Shown here one piece after another: positions 19,194-28,936 of a stretch of 64,000 nucleotides of DNA (its first letter is position 1; each line of letters opens with the position of its first letter). Under the pieces are notes generated by a model. That model saw only the letters and a list, made by a program, of their open reading frames with translations. It did no database searches and was not told where the DNA came from. Made by a program: the position numbers and the translations under genes. This DNA comes from Gemmatimonadales bacterium (GTDB lineage Bacteria > Gemmatimonadota > Gemmatimonadetes > Gemmatimonadales > JACORV01), in NCBI GenBank assembly GCA_030697825.1, contig JAUYOW010000049.1, positions 12,221 through 76,220 on the forward strand, in the 5' to 3' direction.

Positions 19194-19927
19194 GCGTGCG
19201 GCTCGACGGCAAGGTCGCGATGGTGACGGGCGGCGGCCGGGGCATCGGCCGGGCACTGGCGGCCGCTCTGGCGGGCGCCGGGGCCAAGGTCGCGATCGTG
19301 GGCCGGGACCTCTCGCGGGCCGAGGCAGCCGCGGCCGAGATGGGCGGAGGGGCGAAGGGCTACGCCTGCGACGTGGCGGACGAGGCGCAGGTCAACGCCG
19401 CCGTCGAGGCCATCGAGAAAGACCTGGGCCCGATCGACGTCCTGGTCAACAACGCCGGCGTCACCAAGGACAACCTCCTGGTGCGCATCTCGGACGCCGA
19501 CTGGGACACGGTGGTGGACGCGAACCTCAAGGGCGCCTTCCACACGATGCGGGCAGTCAGCCGGGGGATGATGAAGCGGCGTAACGGCCGGGTCATCAAC
19601 GTCTCCAGCGTGGTGGGCCTGATCGGGAACAAGGGTCAAGCCAACTACGCGGCGTCCAAGGCGGGGCTGCTGGGACTGAGCAAGTCGGTAGCCAAGGAGC
19701 TGGCGTCGCGGAACGTTCTGGTCAACGTCATCGCGCCCGGCTTCATCGACACCGACATGACGGCGGCCCTCAACGCCGAGCAGCGGGAGGCACTGGCGTC
19801 ACAGATCCCGCTGGGGCGGCTCGGCACGCCGGGCGACCTCGCGCCCCTCGTGCTCTTCCTCGCGTCCGAGGGGGCATCGTACATTACGGGCCAGGTCTTC
19901 GTCGTCGACGGCGGCATGGTGATGTAG
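19190..19927 (+). CDS. fabG: 3-oxoacyl-ACP reductase
   Basis: SDR motifs [15 protein letters not shown] and [18 protein letters not shown] overlap with fabD. Confidence 0.92.
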   Translation: MSVRLDGKVAMVTGGGRGIGRALAAALAGAGAKVAIVGRDLSRAEAAAAEMGGGAKGYACDVADEAQVNAAVEAIEKDLGPIDVLVNNAGVTKDNLLVRISDADWDTVVDANLKGAFHTMRAVSRGMMKRRNGRVINVSSVVGLIGNKGQANYAASKAGLLGLSKSVAKELASRNVLVNVIAPGFIDTDMTAALNAEQREALASQIPLGRLGTPGDLAPLVLFLASEGASYITGQVFVVDGGMVM

Positions 19928-19957
19928 CGGTCCAACCTATTGAGGGGTGGAACACTC

Positions 19958-20208
19958 ATGGCGGACATGGCGGAACTCGAGGCGCGGGTCAAGGACATCA
20001 TCGCCGAGGAGCTCGGCGTCGAGAAGGAGAAGCTCAGCAACGAAGCGAGCTTCATGGAAGACCTCGGCGCGGACAGTCTCGACACGGTCGAGCTCGTGAT
20101 GGCCTTCGAGAAGGAGTTCGATCTCGACATCCCCGACGAGGAGGCGGAGAAGCTCCGCACCGTCGGCGACGCGCTCACCTATTTGCATTCGCGGATGGGC
20201 GCGAAGTA

Positions 20209-20209
<1 letters not shown>
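19958..20209 (+). CDS. acpP: acyl carrier protein
   Basis: ATG 19958 is preceded by the GAGGGGTGG Shine-Dalgarno. Phosphopantetheine site [16 protein letters not shown]. Confidence 0.95.
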
Positions 20210-21450
<1,241 letters not shown>

Positions 21451-21467
21451 CGGCCCGAGGGAATCCT

Positions 21468-22610
21468 ATGGCGACGGCAGTCCGCGAGATCGGCGACATC
21501 CGCATCACCGACGACACGCTCCGCCCCATCGCGAACCGGGTGGCGTCGGGCGATAGGCTGTCCGCCGAAGACGCGGTGGCGCTCTTCGAGAGCCACGACC
21601 TGCTGGGCATCGGCGCGCTGGCGGACGCTGCCAACCGCGCGAAGAACGGCGACCGGGTCTTCTTCTCGTCCAACCAGCACATCAACCCCACCAACGTCTG
21701 CGTCCTCAGGAACACGTGCGTCTTCTGCTCCTTCGCGCGGTTGCCGAAGGAGGAGGGTTCGTACACGCGGACCATGGACGAAGTGCTGGCCGAGGCGTCC
21801 CTGGCGAGGTCGGCGCCGACCCGTGAGTTCCACATCGTGGGCGGGCTGCACCCCAAGCTGCGGCTGTCGTACTACACGGACATGATCCGGGCTCTGCGCA
21901 CGGCGCACCCCGGCGTTCACGTGAAGGCGCTCACGGCGGTCGAGATCGCGCACCTGGCGCGGATCGAGCGCAGGTCGGTTCGGGAGGTGCTCGTCGCCCT
22001 CAAGGACGCAGGGCTCACTTCCATGCCCGGCGGCGGTGCCGAGGTCTTCAGCACGGCGGTGCGCGCCACCATCGCCGACCGCAAGCTTCAGGGCGAAGAA
22101 TGGATCGCGGTGCACCGCGAGGCGCACCAGCTCGGCATCCCATCCAACTGCACGATGCTCTACGGTCACGTGGAGACGGCGCGCGACCGGGCCGAGCACC
22201 TTCTGATGCTGAGGAACCTCCAGGACGAGACCGGCGGGTTCCTCACCTACATCCCGCTGGCCTACCACCCGGACAACAACGAGCTGGGCGAGCAGATGGG
22301 ATGGACGGGCCGCGATACGCAAGGCGTCGACGATCTCAAGAACGTCGCGGTGGGCCGCCTCGTGCTGGACAACATCCCGCACGTGAAGACCCACTGGCCG
22401 ATGGTGACGGCGTTCGTCTCGCAGGTGGCGCTGAACTTCGGCGCGGACGACGTCGAGGGCACTGTCGTCTACGAACGCGTCTACCACGAAGCGGGCGCCC
22501 AGACGCCCATGGAAATGCTCTACGACGACCTGGTGGGCCTGATCCGCGGGGCGGGGAAGGTACCGGTCGAGCGCGACTCGCTGTACCAGGCGGTCAGGGT
22601 GTTCGACTGA
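21468..22610 (+). CDS. mqnE: aminodeoxyfutalosine synthase (radical SAM)
   Basis: HINPTNVCVLRNTCVFCSFAR radical-SAM cluster motif and EFHIVGGLHP. Adjacent to mqnA and mqnC. The E versus C assignment rests on remembered family patterns. Confidence 0.78.
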   Translation: MATAVREIGDIRITDDTLRPIANRVASGDRLSAEDAVALFESHDLLGIGALADAANRAKNGDRVFFSSNQHINPTNVCVLRNTCVFCSFARLPKEEGSYTRTMDEVLAEASLARSAPTREFHIVGGLHPKLRLSYYTDMIRALRTAHPGVHVKALTAVEIAHLARIERRSVREVLVALKDAGLTSMPGGGAEVFSTAVRATIADRKLQGEEWIAVHREAHQLGIPSNCTMLYGHVETARDRAEHLLMLRNLQDETGGFLTYIPLAYHPDNNELGEQMGWTGRDTQGVDDLKNVAVGRLVLDNIPHVKTHWPMVTAFVSQVALNFGADDVEGTVVYERVYHEAGAQTPMEMLYDDLVGLIRGAGKVPVERDSLYQAVRVFD

Positions 22611-23431
22611 TGCGGATCGGGCGGATCGGCTACGTGAACTGCTACCCGGTCTACGGCGCCATGGACCGCGGCATCGTCGTGCCGCCGGGCACGCTCGTCA
22701 CCGGAACGCCCGCTGAGTTGAACGACCGGCTCGCCGAAGGGCGCCTTGACGTGAGTGTGATCTCCGCGGTCGCCTACGCGCAGCACGCGGACGTGCTCGA
22801 GCTGCTGCCCGATCTCGCGATCAGTTCCGACGGCCCCGTGCGCAGCGTGATCCTCTTCAGCCGCCGGCCGCCGGCGGAGCTCGGCGGCGCGCGAGTGCTG
22901 GTCTCTTCGGCGTCACGCACCTCGGTGCTCTTGCTTGACCTTCTGGCGCGCGAGCGCTGGGGTGTCACGTTGGTGACGACGCCGGCGCCTACCGAGGCCG
23001 GTGACCTCGGACGACTCGCGACGTCGCCTCACGACGCGGTCCTCGTCATCGGCGACGCGGCGCTGCTGTTGGGCGCGCAACGAGCCTATCCCTACCAGAT
23101 GGACTTGGGAGAGGAATGGCAGCGGTGGACCGGGCTCCCGTTCGTCTTCGCCGTGTGGGCGGCACGCCGCGACGTGGACCGCAAGGCCGTGCACGACGTG
23201 CACCGGGCGTTGGTCGCCAGCCGGCGGTGGGGACTCGCCCACCTCGGCGACCTCGCCGAGCAGGCCGCCCGCGTCACCGACGTTGACCTGGGTGATTGCG
23301 TCGAGTACCTGACAGGGCTGGACTACGGTCTCTCGTACCGTCACCTCGCGGGGCTCACGGACTTCCTGCGCCGTCTGGCGGCGCGCGGCCTCGTACCGGA
23401 CGGCACCCTGGCCTTTGTGGGTGCCGCGTGA
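22610..23431 (+). CDS. mqnA: chorismate dehydratase (futalosine pathway)
   Basis: MRIGRIGYVNCYPVY N-terminus and the LDVSVISAVAYAQHAD block typical of MqnA/DUF178. ATGA overlap with mqnE. Confidence 0.8.
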   Translation: MRIGRIGYVNCYPVYGAMDRGIVVPPGTLVTGTPAELNDRLAEGRLDVSVISAVAYAQHADVLELLPDLAISSDGPVRSVILFSRRPPAELGGARVLVSSASRTSVLLLDLLARERWGVTLVTTPAPTEAGDLGRLATSPHDAVLVIGDAALLLGAQRAYPYQMDLGEEWQRWTGLPFVFAVWAARRDVDRKAVHDVHRALVASRRWGLAHLGDLAEQAARVTDVDLGDCVEYLTGLDYGLSYRHLAGLTDFLRRLAARGLVPDGTLAFVGAA

Positions 23432-23491
23432 CAGGGCCTGTCGTGAGCACCGAAGGGTACGGCTCCCGGCTCCCGGCTCAGGGCGGTTGCC

Positions 23492-24520
23492 ATGTCTGAC
23501 GCCACCGAACTCCTGGAGCTTTACGAGCGCGCCCCACTCATCGAGCTGGGCGCACTGGCGGATGCCGAGCGCAAGAAGCGCCATTCGGACGACGTCGTCA
23601 CCTACATCATCGACCGGAACATCAACTACACCAACGTCTGCGTCGCCGACTGCAAGTTCTGCGCGTTCTACCGCCGCCCCAGGCACGCCGAAGGCTACGT
23701 CCTCTCGTTCGAGGAGATCGGGCAGAAGATAGACGACGCCAAGGCGATCGGCGCGGTGCAGATCCTGATGCAGGGCGGGCACAACCCCTACATCCCGTTC
23801 GAGTGGTACGAGGACCTGCTGCGCTACATCAAGCGCCACCACCCGATCCACATCCACGCCTTCTCGCCCTCCGAGGTGGAGTTCTTCGCCAAGCGGTTCC
23901 GGCTGACGATCGACGACGTGGTCGGGCGGCTCCAGGCGGCGGGCCTGGACTCCATTCCCGGCGGCGGCGGCGAGATCCTGGTGGACCGGGTGCGGCAGCT
24001 GGTGGCGAAGAAGAAGGCGCAGACCGACGCGTGGCTCGGCGTGATGGAGACGGCGCACCGCCACGGCATGAAGACCTCGGCCACGATGATGTACGGGATC
24101 GGCGAGACCAACGCGGAGCGTATCGAGCACCTGATGCGTCTCCGGGAGCAGCAGGCGGAGACGGGCGGTTTCACCGCCTTCATCTGCTGGCCGCTCCAGC
24201 CCGAGAACACCGACATGGCGGACACGCCGAAGACCGACGCGGTCACGTACCTCCGCACGCTGGCGATCGCGCGGATCGCGCTCGACAACTTCCCCAACCT
24301 CCAGTCCTCCTGGGTGACGATGGGGCTGAAGATCGGGCAGGTAGCGCTGCGTTTCGGGGCCAACGACTTCGGCTCCATCATGATGGAGGAGAACGTCGTG
24401 TCGGCGGCGGGGACCACCTTCCGCACCACCGCGCCGGAGATGGAATACCTGATCCGGGGCGCGGGCTTCACGCCCCAGCGCCGCCGCCAGGACTACTCGA
24501 TCATCCGCGAGGCAGCGTGA
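23492..24520 (+). CDS. mqnC: cyclic dehypoxanthinyl futalosine synthase (radical SAM)
   Basis: IIDRNINYTNVCVADCKFCAFYR and LDSIPGGGGEIL. MqnC-like over the full length. Confidence 0.8.
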   Translation: MSDATELLELYERAPLIELGALADAERKKRHSDDVVTYIIDRNINYTNVCVADCKFCAFYRRPRHAEGYVLSFEEIGQKIDDAKAIGAVQILMQGGHNPYIPFEWYEDLLRYIKRHHPIHIHAFSPSEVEFFAKRFRLTIDDVVGRLQAAGLDSIPGGGGEILVDRVRQLVAKKKAQTDAWLGVMETAHRHGMKTSATMMYGIGETNAERIEHLMRLREQQAETGGFTAFICWPLQPENTDMADTPKTDAVTYLRTLAIARIALDNFPNLQSSWVTMGLKIGQVALRFGANDFGSIMMEENVVSAAGTTFRTTAPEMEYLIRGAGFTPQRRRQDYSIIREAA

Positions 24521-24924
24521 CGGCCGACGGCAAGGCGGTGCTCGTCCTGATTGGGTCGGAGTCCGACCGGCCGCGCATCGAGCCGCTGTTCCCGATCCTC
24601 GACCAGGCCGGCGTTGGCTACGATTTCATGGTCTGCTCCTCCCATCGCGAGCCGGAGCGCACGGCGCAGACGGCGCGCGAGGCTAGGAGCAAGGGATACC
24701 GCGTCGTGATCTGCGGCGCGGGGCTCGCGGCCGCGCTCCCTGGCGCCGTTGCCGCGCAGACCGACCTTCCCGTCATCGGAGTCCCGTTCGACGTCGGGGC
24801 GCTGCATGGCACCGACGCGCTCTACTCGATGGTCCAGACGCCGAGCGGCGTGCCCGTCGCTACCGTCGGGATCGACAATGCGAAGAACGCAGCTTATCTC
24901 GCCATCAGGATACTCAAGTCGTGA
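24517..24924 (+). CDS. PurE-like (AIR carboxylase/N5-CAIR mutase fold) protein, short and divergent
   Basis: VLIGSESD, SSHREPERT (compare SAHRTP), GAGLAAALPG (compare GAGGAAHLPG), PVIGVP. Only 135 aa. GTGA overlaps on both sides (mqnC and ispF). Confidence 0.7.
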   Translation: MTADGKAVLVLIGSESDRPRIEPLFPILDQAGVGYDFMVCSSHREPERTAQTAREARSKGYRVVICGAGLAAALPGAVAAQTDLPVIGVPFDVGALHGTDALYSMVQTPSGVPVATVGIDNAKNAAYLAIRILKS

Positions 24925-25409
24925 GCATACGCAGCGGAATCGGCTACGACTCGCACCGCTTCGCCGCGGGACGTCCACTGCGCCTGGGCGGCGTCACGGT
25001 CCCGCACACCCACGGCCTCGTGGGCCACTCCGACGGCGACGTCGTCCTGCACGCCATCGTGGACGCGCTCCTCGGCGCCGCGGCCCTCGGCGATATCGGG
25101 AGCTACTTCCCGGACGACGACCCGCAGTGGAAGGGCGCGGACTCGCTGCGATTCGTGAAGGGCGCCGTGGATGCTTTGGCGGGCGGCGGGCTCGCCGTCA
25201 ACCAGGTGGACGTTACCGTCATCACCGAACGCCCCAAGCTCGCCCCGCACATCGGTGCGATGCGTGCCGCCACCGCCCGAGCCCTCGGCGTGCCGATGGA
25301 GATGGTCAGCATCAAGGCGAAGACCAACGAGGGCATGGGATGGGTCGGTCGCAGCGAAGGCATCGGGGCCATCGCCGTGGCGACCGTGTGCCCGGCGGGG
25401 ACCGGCTGA
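24921..25409 (+). CDS. ispF: 2-C-methyl-D-erythritol 2,4-cyclodiphosphate synthase
   Basis: GIGYDSHRF and GHSDGDVVLHA motifs. 162 aa. Confidence 0.93.
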   Translation: MSIRSGIGYDSHRFAAGRPLRLGGVTVPHTHGLVGHSDGDVVLHAIVDALLGAAALGDIGSYFPDDDPQWKGADSLRFVKGAVDALAGGGLAVNQVDVTVITERPKLAPHIGAMRAATARALGVPMEMVSIKAKTNEGMGWVGRSEGIGAIAVATVCPAGTG

Positions 25410-25417
25410 TCGACGGA

Positions 25418-26035
25418 GTGCTGACCTGGCTCGCCGGGCTGCCGCCGCAGGGGATCTATGGCGCGCTGGCCCTGCTCGCCGCCCTGGAGAACATCGTGCC
25501 CCCCGTGCCCGCCGACCTGGCGGTGGCATTGGGGGCTTTTCTCGCCGCGCGGGACGACGCGCCGGTCTCGGTCACCGCCGTCTACATCGTGACCGTGGTG
25601 GCGAACGTCACGACCGCGATCGGGATGTACGCGGTCGCGCGCACCGTGGGGAAGAGCTTCCTCGAGTCCCGCACCGGGCAGCGCCTGCTCTCGGCGCGGT
25701 CGAAGGCGGCGCTGGAGCGAGAGTATCAGAGGCACCACCTCTGGGGGATCTTCGTTTCACGCTTCCTCCCCGGGTATCGTGCCGTGGTGCCGCCGTTCGC
25801 GGGCATGATCGGGCTGCCGGCCTCGAAGGCGCTTCCGCCCGTGATCCTCGCCACCGCCATCTACTACGCGGTGCTCGTCTGGGGTGCCCACCGGGTGGGA
25901 CAGAATTGGGAGTCGGTGCGGGCGTGGCTCGGCCACATCGGCATCGGCTTAGGGCTCGTCGCGATCGCCGTCACGTTGGTCGTGGGCTGGCTGGTCTGGC
26001 GTGCCCGGCGGCGAAGGACCGTGGATGGCGACTGA
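25418..26035 (+). CDS. DedA/YqaA-type membrane protein
   Basis: ENIVPPVPADL motif plus 4-5 TM helices. GTG 25418 was chosen as start; an in-frame CTG at 25406 is also possible. The ORF start at 24749 is rejected. Confidence 0.7.
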   Translation: MLTWLAGLPPQGIYGALALLAALENIVPPVPADLAVALGAFLAARDDAPVSVTAVYIVTVVANVTTAIGMYAVARTVGKSFLESRTGQRLLSARSKAALEREYQRHHLWGIFVSRFLPGYRAVVPPFAGMIGLPASKALPPVILATAIYYAVLVWGAHRVGQNWESVRAWLGHIGIGLGLVAIAVTLVVGWLVWRARRRRTVDGD

Positions 26036-26945
26036 GACCGGCCCCGGCCCCGACCCGCGCGCCTTCCTGCTCGAGCAGTTCGCGGACTACCTTTCGCTCG
26101 AGCGCGGCTCGTCACCCAACACGCTGGCGGCCTACCGGCGGGACTTGGCGCACCTGACGGACTTCCTCGCGACCCGCCGAGTCCGAGCGCCCTCGGGCGT
26201 TACCTCCACGCTGCTCAGGGACTTCATCTTTCACTTGAAGGACCTGGGGCTCGAGGCCTCCAGCATCCGCCGCCACATCTCGGCCACGCGCACGTACTTC
26301 AAGTTCCTGGCTGGTGAAGGGCACGTCATCCGCGACCCGAGCGACCGGCTGGCGAGTCCCAAGCGCTGGCGCACGCTGCCGGCCGTGCTCTCAATCACGG
26401 AGATGGAGCGTCTGCTCGCCGCTCCCAGCGCCGACGACCCGCTGGCCCGGCGCGACCGGGCGATCCTCGAGTTCGCCTACGCCACGGGCGCCCGCGTCAC
26501 GGAGCTGACTCGCGTCGCGCTGCGGGACGTGCTGTTCGATGATGGGCTGGTCCGCCTGTTCGGGAAGGGGAACAAGGAGCGCATCGTGCCGGTAGGAAGG
26601 CGGGCTCTGGGGGCCGTGGCGCTGTACGCTCGCGAAGTACGCCCCAGGATCGAGCGCGGGAAGGGGCAGGGGATCCTGTTCCTGAACGCCCGCGGCGGGC
26701 CGATGTCGAGGGTTGGGGTGTGGGGGATAATCAAGCGATGCGCCCGGGTGGCGGGCATCAGCAAGCGGGTAACGCCTCATACCCTGCGCCACACTTTTGC
26801 CACGCATCTCCTCGAGGGCGGGGCGGACCTCAGGGCCGTCCAGGAGATGCTGGGCCACGCAGACCTAAGCACCACACAGGTTTACACGCACGTGGACCGA
26901 GACTACCTTCGTAGCGTCCATAAGACCTATCATCCCCGCGCTTGA
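26025..26945 (+). CDS. xerD: site-specific tyrosine recombinase XerD
   Basis: NTLAAYRRDL, GKGNKERIVPVG and HTLRHTFATHLLEGGADLRAVQEMLGHADLSTTQVYTHV. The C-terminus ends in HPRA, as in E. coli XerD. Confidence 0.82.
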   Translation: MATETGPGPDPRAFLLEQFADYLSLERGSSPNTLAAYRRDLAHLTDFLATRRVRAPSGVTSTLLRDFIFHLKDLGLEASSIRRHISATRTYFKFLAGEGHVIRDPSDRLASPKRWRTLPAVLSITEMERLLAAPSADDPLARRDRAILEFAYATGARVTELTRVALRDVLFDDGLVRLFGKGNKERIVPVGRRALGAVALYAREVRPRIERGKGQGILFLNARGGPMSRVGVWGIIKRCARVAGISKRVTPHTLRHTFATHLLEGGADLRAVQEMLGHADLSTTQVYTHVDRDYLRSVHKTYHPRA

Positions 26946-28780
26946 ACTGTCCTGACTGCGGCACCCCGATCCCCGCTGGGGCGAGCACCTGCCCCTCGTG
27001 CGCCCGTGCGGTAGGGACCACCGCCCGGCATGTGGCCACGGGTGCGCTCACGCCCCCCGACATAGGGGTCCCGCCCCGGCCGATGAACATGGAGGACCTG
27101 CTCGGTCAGCGCCTCCAGGAAGCGCTCGGCGAGAACTACCAGGTCGAGGGGGTGTTGGGCGCCGGCGGCTTCGCGGTGGTGTTCCTGGTCCGCGACCTCA
27201 GCCTCAAGCGCAAACTGGCCGTGAAGGTGCTCTCCCCGGACCTCATCGCCTCGAAGACGGTGCTGGAGCGGTTCCGGCGTGAAGCCGAGACGGTCGCGCA
27301 GCTCCACCACCCGCACATCGTCCCGCTCCACTTCATCGGCCAGAAGGAAGACCTCCTCTACCTCGCGATGGAGTGCGTGGAGGGCGACACCCTGGCCGGC
27401 CGGATCGAGAAGGAGAAGCGGCTGCCGCCTGAGGACGTGGCGCGGCTGCTCCGCGAGATCGCCAGCGCGCTCGAGCACGCGCACAAGCGCGGCGTGATCC
27501 ATCGGGACATCAAGCCGCACAACGTGCTCATCGAAGGGGAGTCGGGGCGGGCGCTGGTCACCGATTTCGGCATCGCGCGCACGGCCGAAGGCGCGTCGCT
27601 CACCGCCTCGGGGATGGTGGTGGGCACGCCGCAGTACCTGAGTCCCGAGCAGGTGACCGGCACGGCCAGCGACCATCGCGCCGACATCTACGCGTTAGGT
27701 GTGATGGGCTACGAGATGCTCGCGGGGATCCCGCCGTTCACCGGCCCTACGCCCACCGCCGTGATGATGAAGCGCCTGGAGGGCGACCCGCCCAGGCTCG
27801 ACAAGTCGCGGCCGGACATCCCTCGACCGCTGCTCGACGTGATCAGCGGGTGCATGGCGACGGCGCCGGAGGACCGATTCCAGTCGGCGGGCGAAGTGGT
27901 GCGCGCGTTAGGCGGCGCGACGCCGGCCTCGGGGGGGCACCCCACGGCCGAGATCGTGCTGCGGATGCGGCGCCAGCGCCGGCGGTGGACGATGTCCTTT
28001 GGCTTCACCATCGCGGCCCTGGTCGTCGCCGGCGCGGTCACGGTGTGGTGGTGGGACGCTCGCTCGCGGGCCGGAAACGCGGCCGAGCACGCGGCGCGGG
28101 TGGACCCGGGGATGGTTGTGATCCCGGCCGGGCAGTACACCATCGGGCGTGACGACGGCCCCATCCCTTCGCGGCCCGCCCATCCGGTTCAGCTCGACTC
28201 GTTCGCCATCGATGCACACGAGGTGGCGGTCAGGGAGTTCAAGGCGTTTGCCAATGCGACGCGCGCGCCGCTGCCGTGGACGGCGGAGCCGGACAGCCTC
28301 ATCCCGGTGACGGGCGTGCTGTGGGCCGAGGCGGCACAGTACTGCGCCTGGCGCCACGACGGCGGACGACTGCCGACCGAAGAGGAGTGGGAGGCGTCAG
28401 CCCGCGGTCCGCAGGCGCTCGCCTATCCCTGGGGCAACGGGTGGGATCCGGTGGCCGCCAATACCGCCTCGAGCGGCAGGCAGAGCGCGGCGCGGGTGGG
28501 AAGCTTCCCGCGCGGGGCGAGCGCATCCGGCGTTCACGACCTCATCGGCAACGTGTGGGAGTGGACGTCGTCGAGGATGCTGCCCTATCCGGGTGGCCAG
28601 GCGCCGCCGGAGGGCGCCGACTCGTACGTGATCCGGGGCGGGGCCTTCAGCACCCCTGACGCGCTCGCCAACCCGACCCAGCGCGGGTACATCCCGTTCC
28701 GGGTCGACCGGCCGGCCCTGGGGGCGACGGGGTTCCGGTGCATGATGCCGCTGAGGCAGGGCACCCGCGCTCGCGGCTAG
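26942..28780 (+). CDS. membrane Ser/Thr protein kinase with N-terminal zinc ribbon and C-terminal FGE/SUMF1-like domain
   Basis: TTG start overlapping the xerD stop. CPDCG..CPSC ribbon. Kinase motifs GAGGFAVVFLV, AVKVL, HRDIKPHNVLI, DFGIAR, GTPQYLSPEQ. TM helix FTIAALVVAGAVTVWWW. FGE-type blocks MVVIPAGQYTIGRDD, NVWEWTSS, RGGAF. Confidence 0.85.
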   Translation: MNCPDCGTPIPAGASTCPSCARAVGTTARHVATGALTPPDIGVPPRPMNMEDLLGQRLQEALGENYQVEGVLGAGGFAVVFLVRDLSLKRKLAVKVLSPDLIASKTVLERFRREAETVAQLHHPHIVPLHFIGQKEDLLYLAMECVEGDTLAGRIEKEKRLPPEDVARLLREIASALEHAHKRGVIHRDIKPHNVLIEGESGRALVTDFGIARTAEGASLTASGMVVGTPQYLSPEQVTGTASDHRADIYALGVMGYEMLAGIPPFTGPTPTAVMMKRLEGDPPRLDKSRPDIPRPLLDVISGCMATAPEDRFQSAGEVVRALGGATPASGGHPTAEIVLRMRRQRRRWTMSFGFTIAALVVAGAVTVWWWDARSRAGNAAEHAARVDPGMVVIPAGQYTIGRDDGPIPSRPAHPVQLDSFAIDAHEVAVREFKAFANATRAPLPWTAEPDSLIPVTGVLWAEAAQYCAWRHDGGRLPTEEEWEASARGPQALAYPWGNGWDPVAANTASSGRQSAARVGSFPRGASASGVHDLIGNVWEWTSSRMLPYPGGQAPPEGADSYVIRGGAFSTPDALANPTQRGYIPFRVDRPALGATGFRCMMPLRQGTRARG

Positions 28781-28880
28781 CAACCCTGCGCACTCGCGGC
28801 TAAAGCCGCGGCTCGGCTGCTGTCACTGAAGTGACATTCTCCCGCACCCGGGGCCCCGGAGCCCGCCGCCAGGCGTCGAG

Positions 28881-28909
28881 TTTACTCCCGAGACCCCGCA
28901 GCGTAACTT
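28881..28909 (+). promoter_or_regulatory. weak candidate sigma-70 promoter for the TolB-like/TPR gene
   Basis: TTTACT, 17-nt spacer, TAACTT, lying 28 nt upstream of ATG 28937. Confidence 0.2.
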
Positions 28910-28936
28910 GGTTGTCGGCACCCCCCTGGAGTCCCG

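Noticed and set aside
23430-23480. Palindrome GACAGG-G-CCTGTC and the triple heptamer GGCTCCC GGCTCCC GGCTCA in the mqnA-mqnC spacer, considered as an operator or riboswitch.
   Set aside because: Too short and GC-rich to distinguish from chance in this genome. No recognisable riboswitch architecture.
26025-26945. Tyrosine recombinase as a possible integrase marking a mobile element, given the less conserved genes downstream (26.9-34.2 kb).
   Set aside because: The sequence is XerD-like end to end (it ends in HPRA, with KGNKERIVPVG). It is translationally coupled to neighbours on both sides. No att-like direct repeats, tRNA target, excisionase, or compositional shift were seen.
28770-28836. 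Direct repeat CTCGCGGCTA (twice) and hairpins CGCGGC-TAAA-GCCGCG and GTCAC-TGAA-GTGAC after the kinase gene, considered as an intrinsic terminator.
   Set aside because: Neither hairpin is followed by a U-tract and the stems are short (5-6 bp). Left as a note within the kinase finding only.
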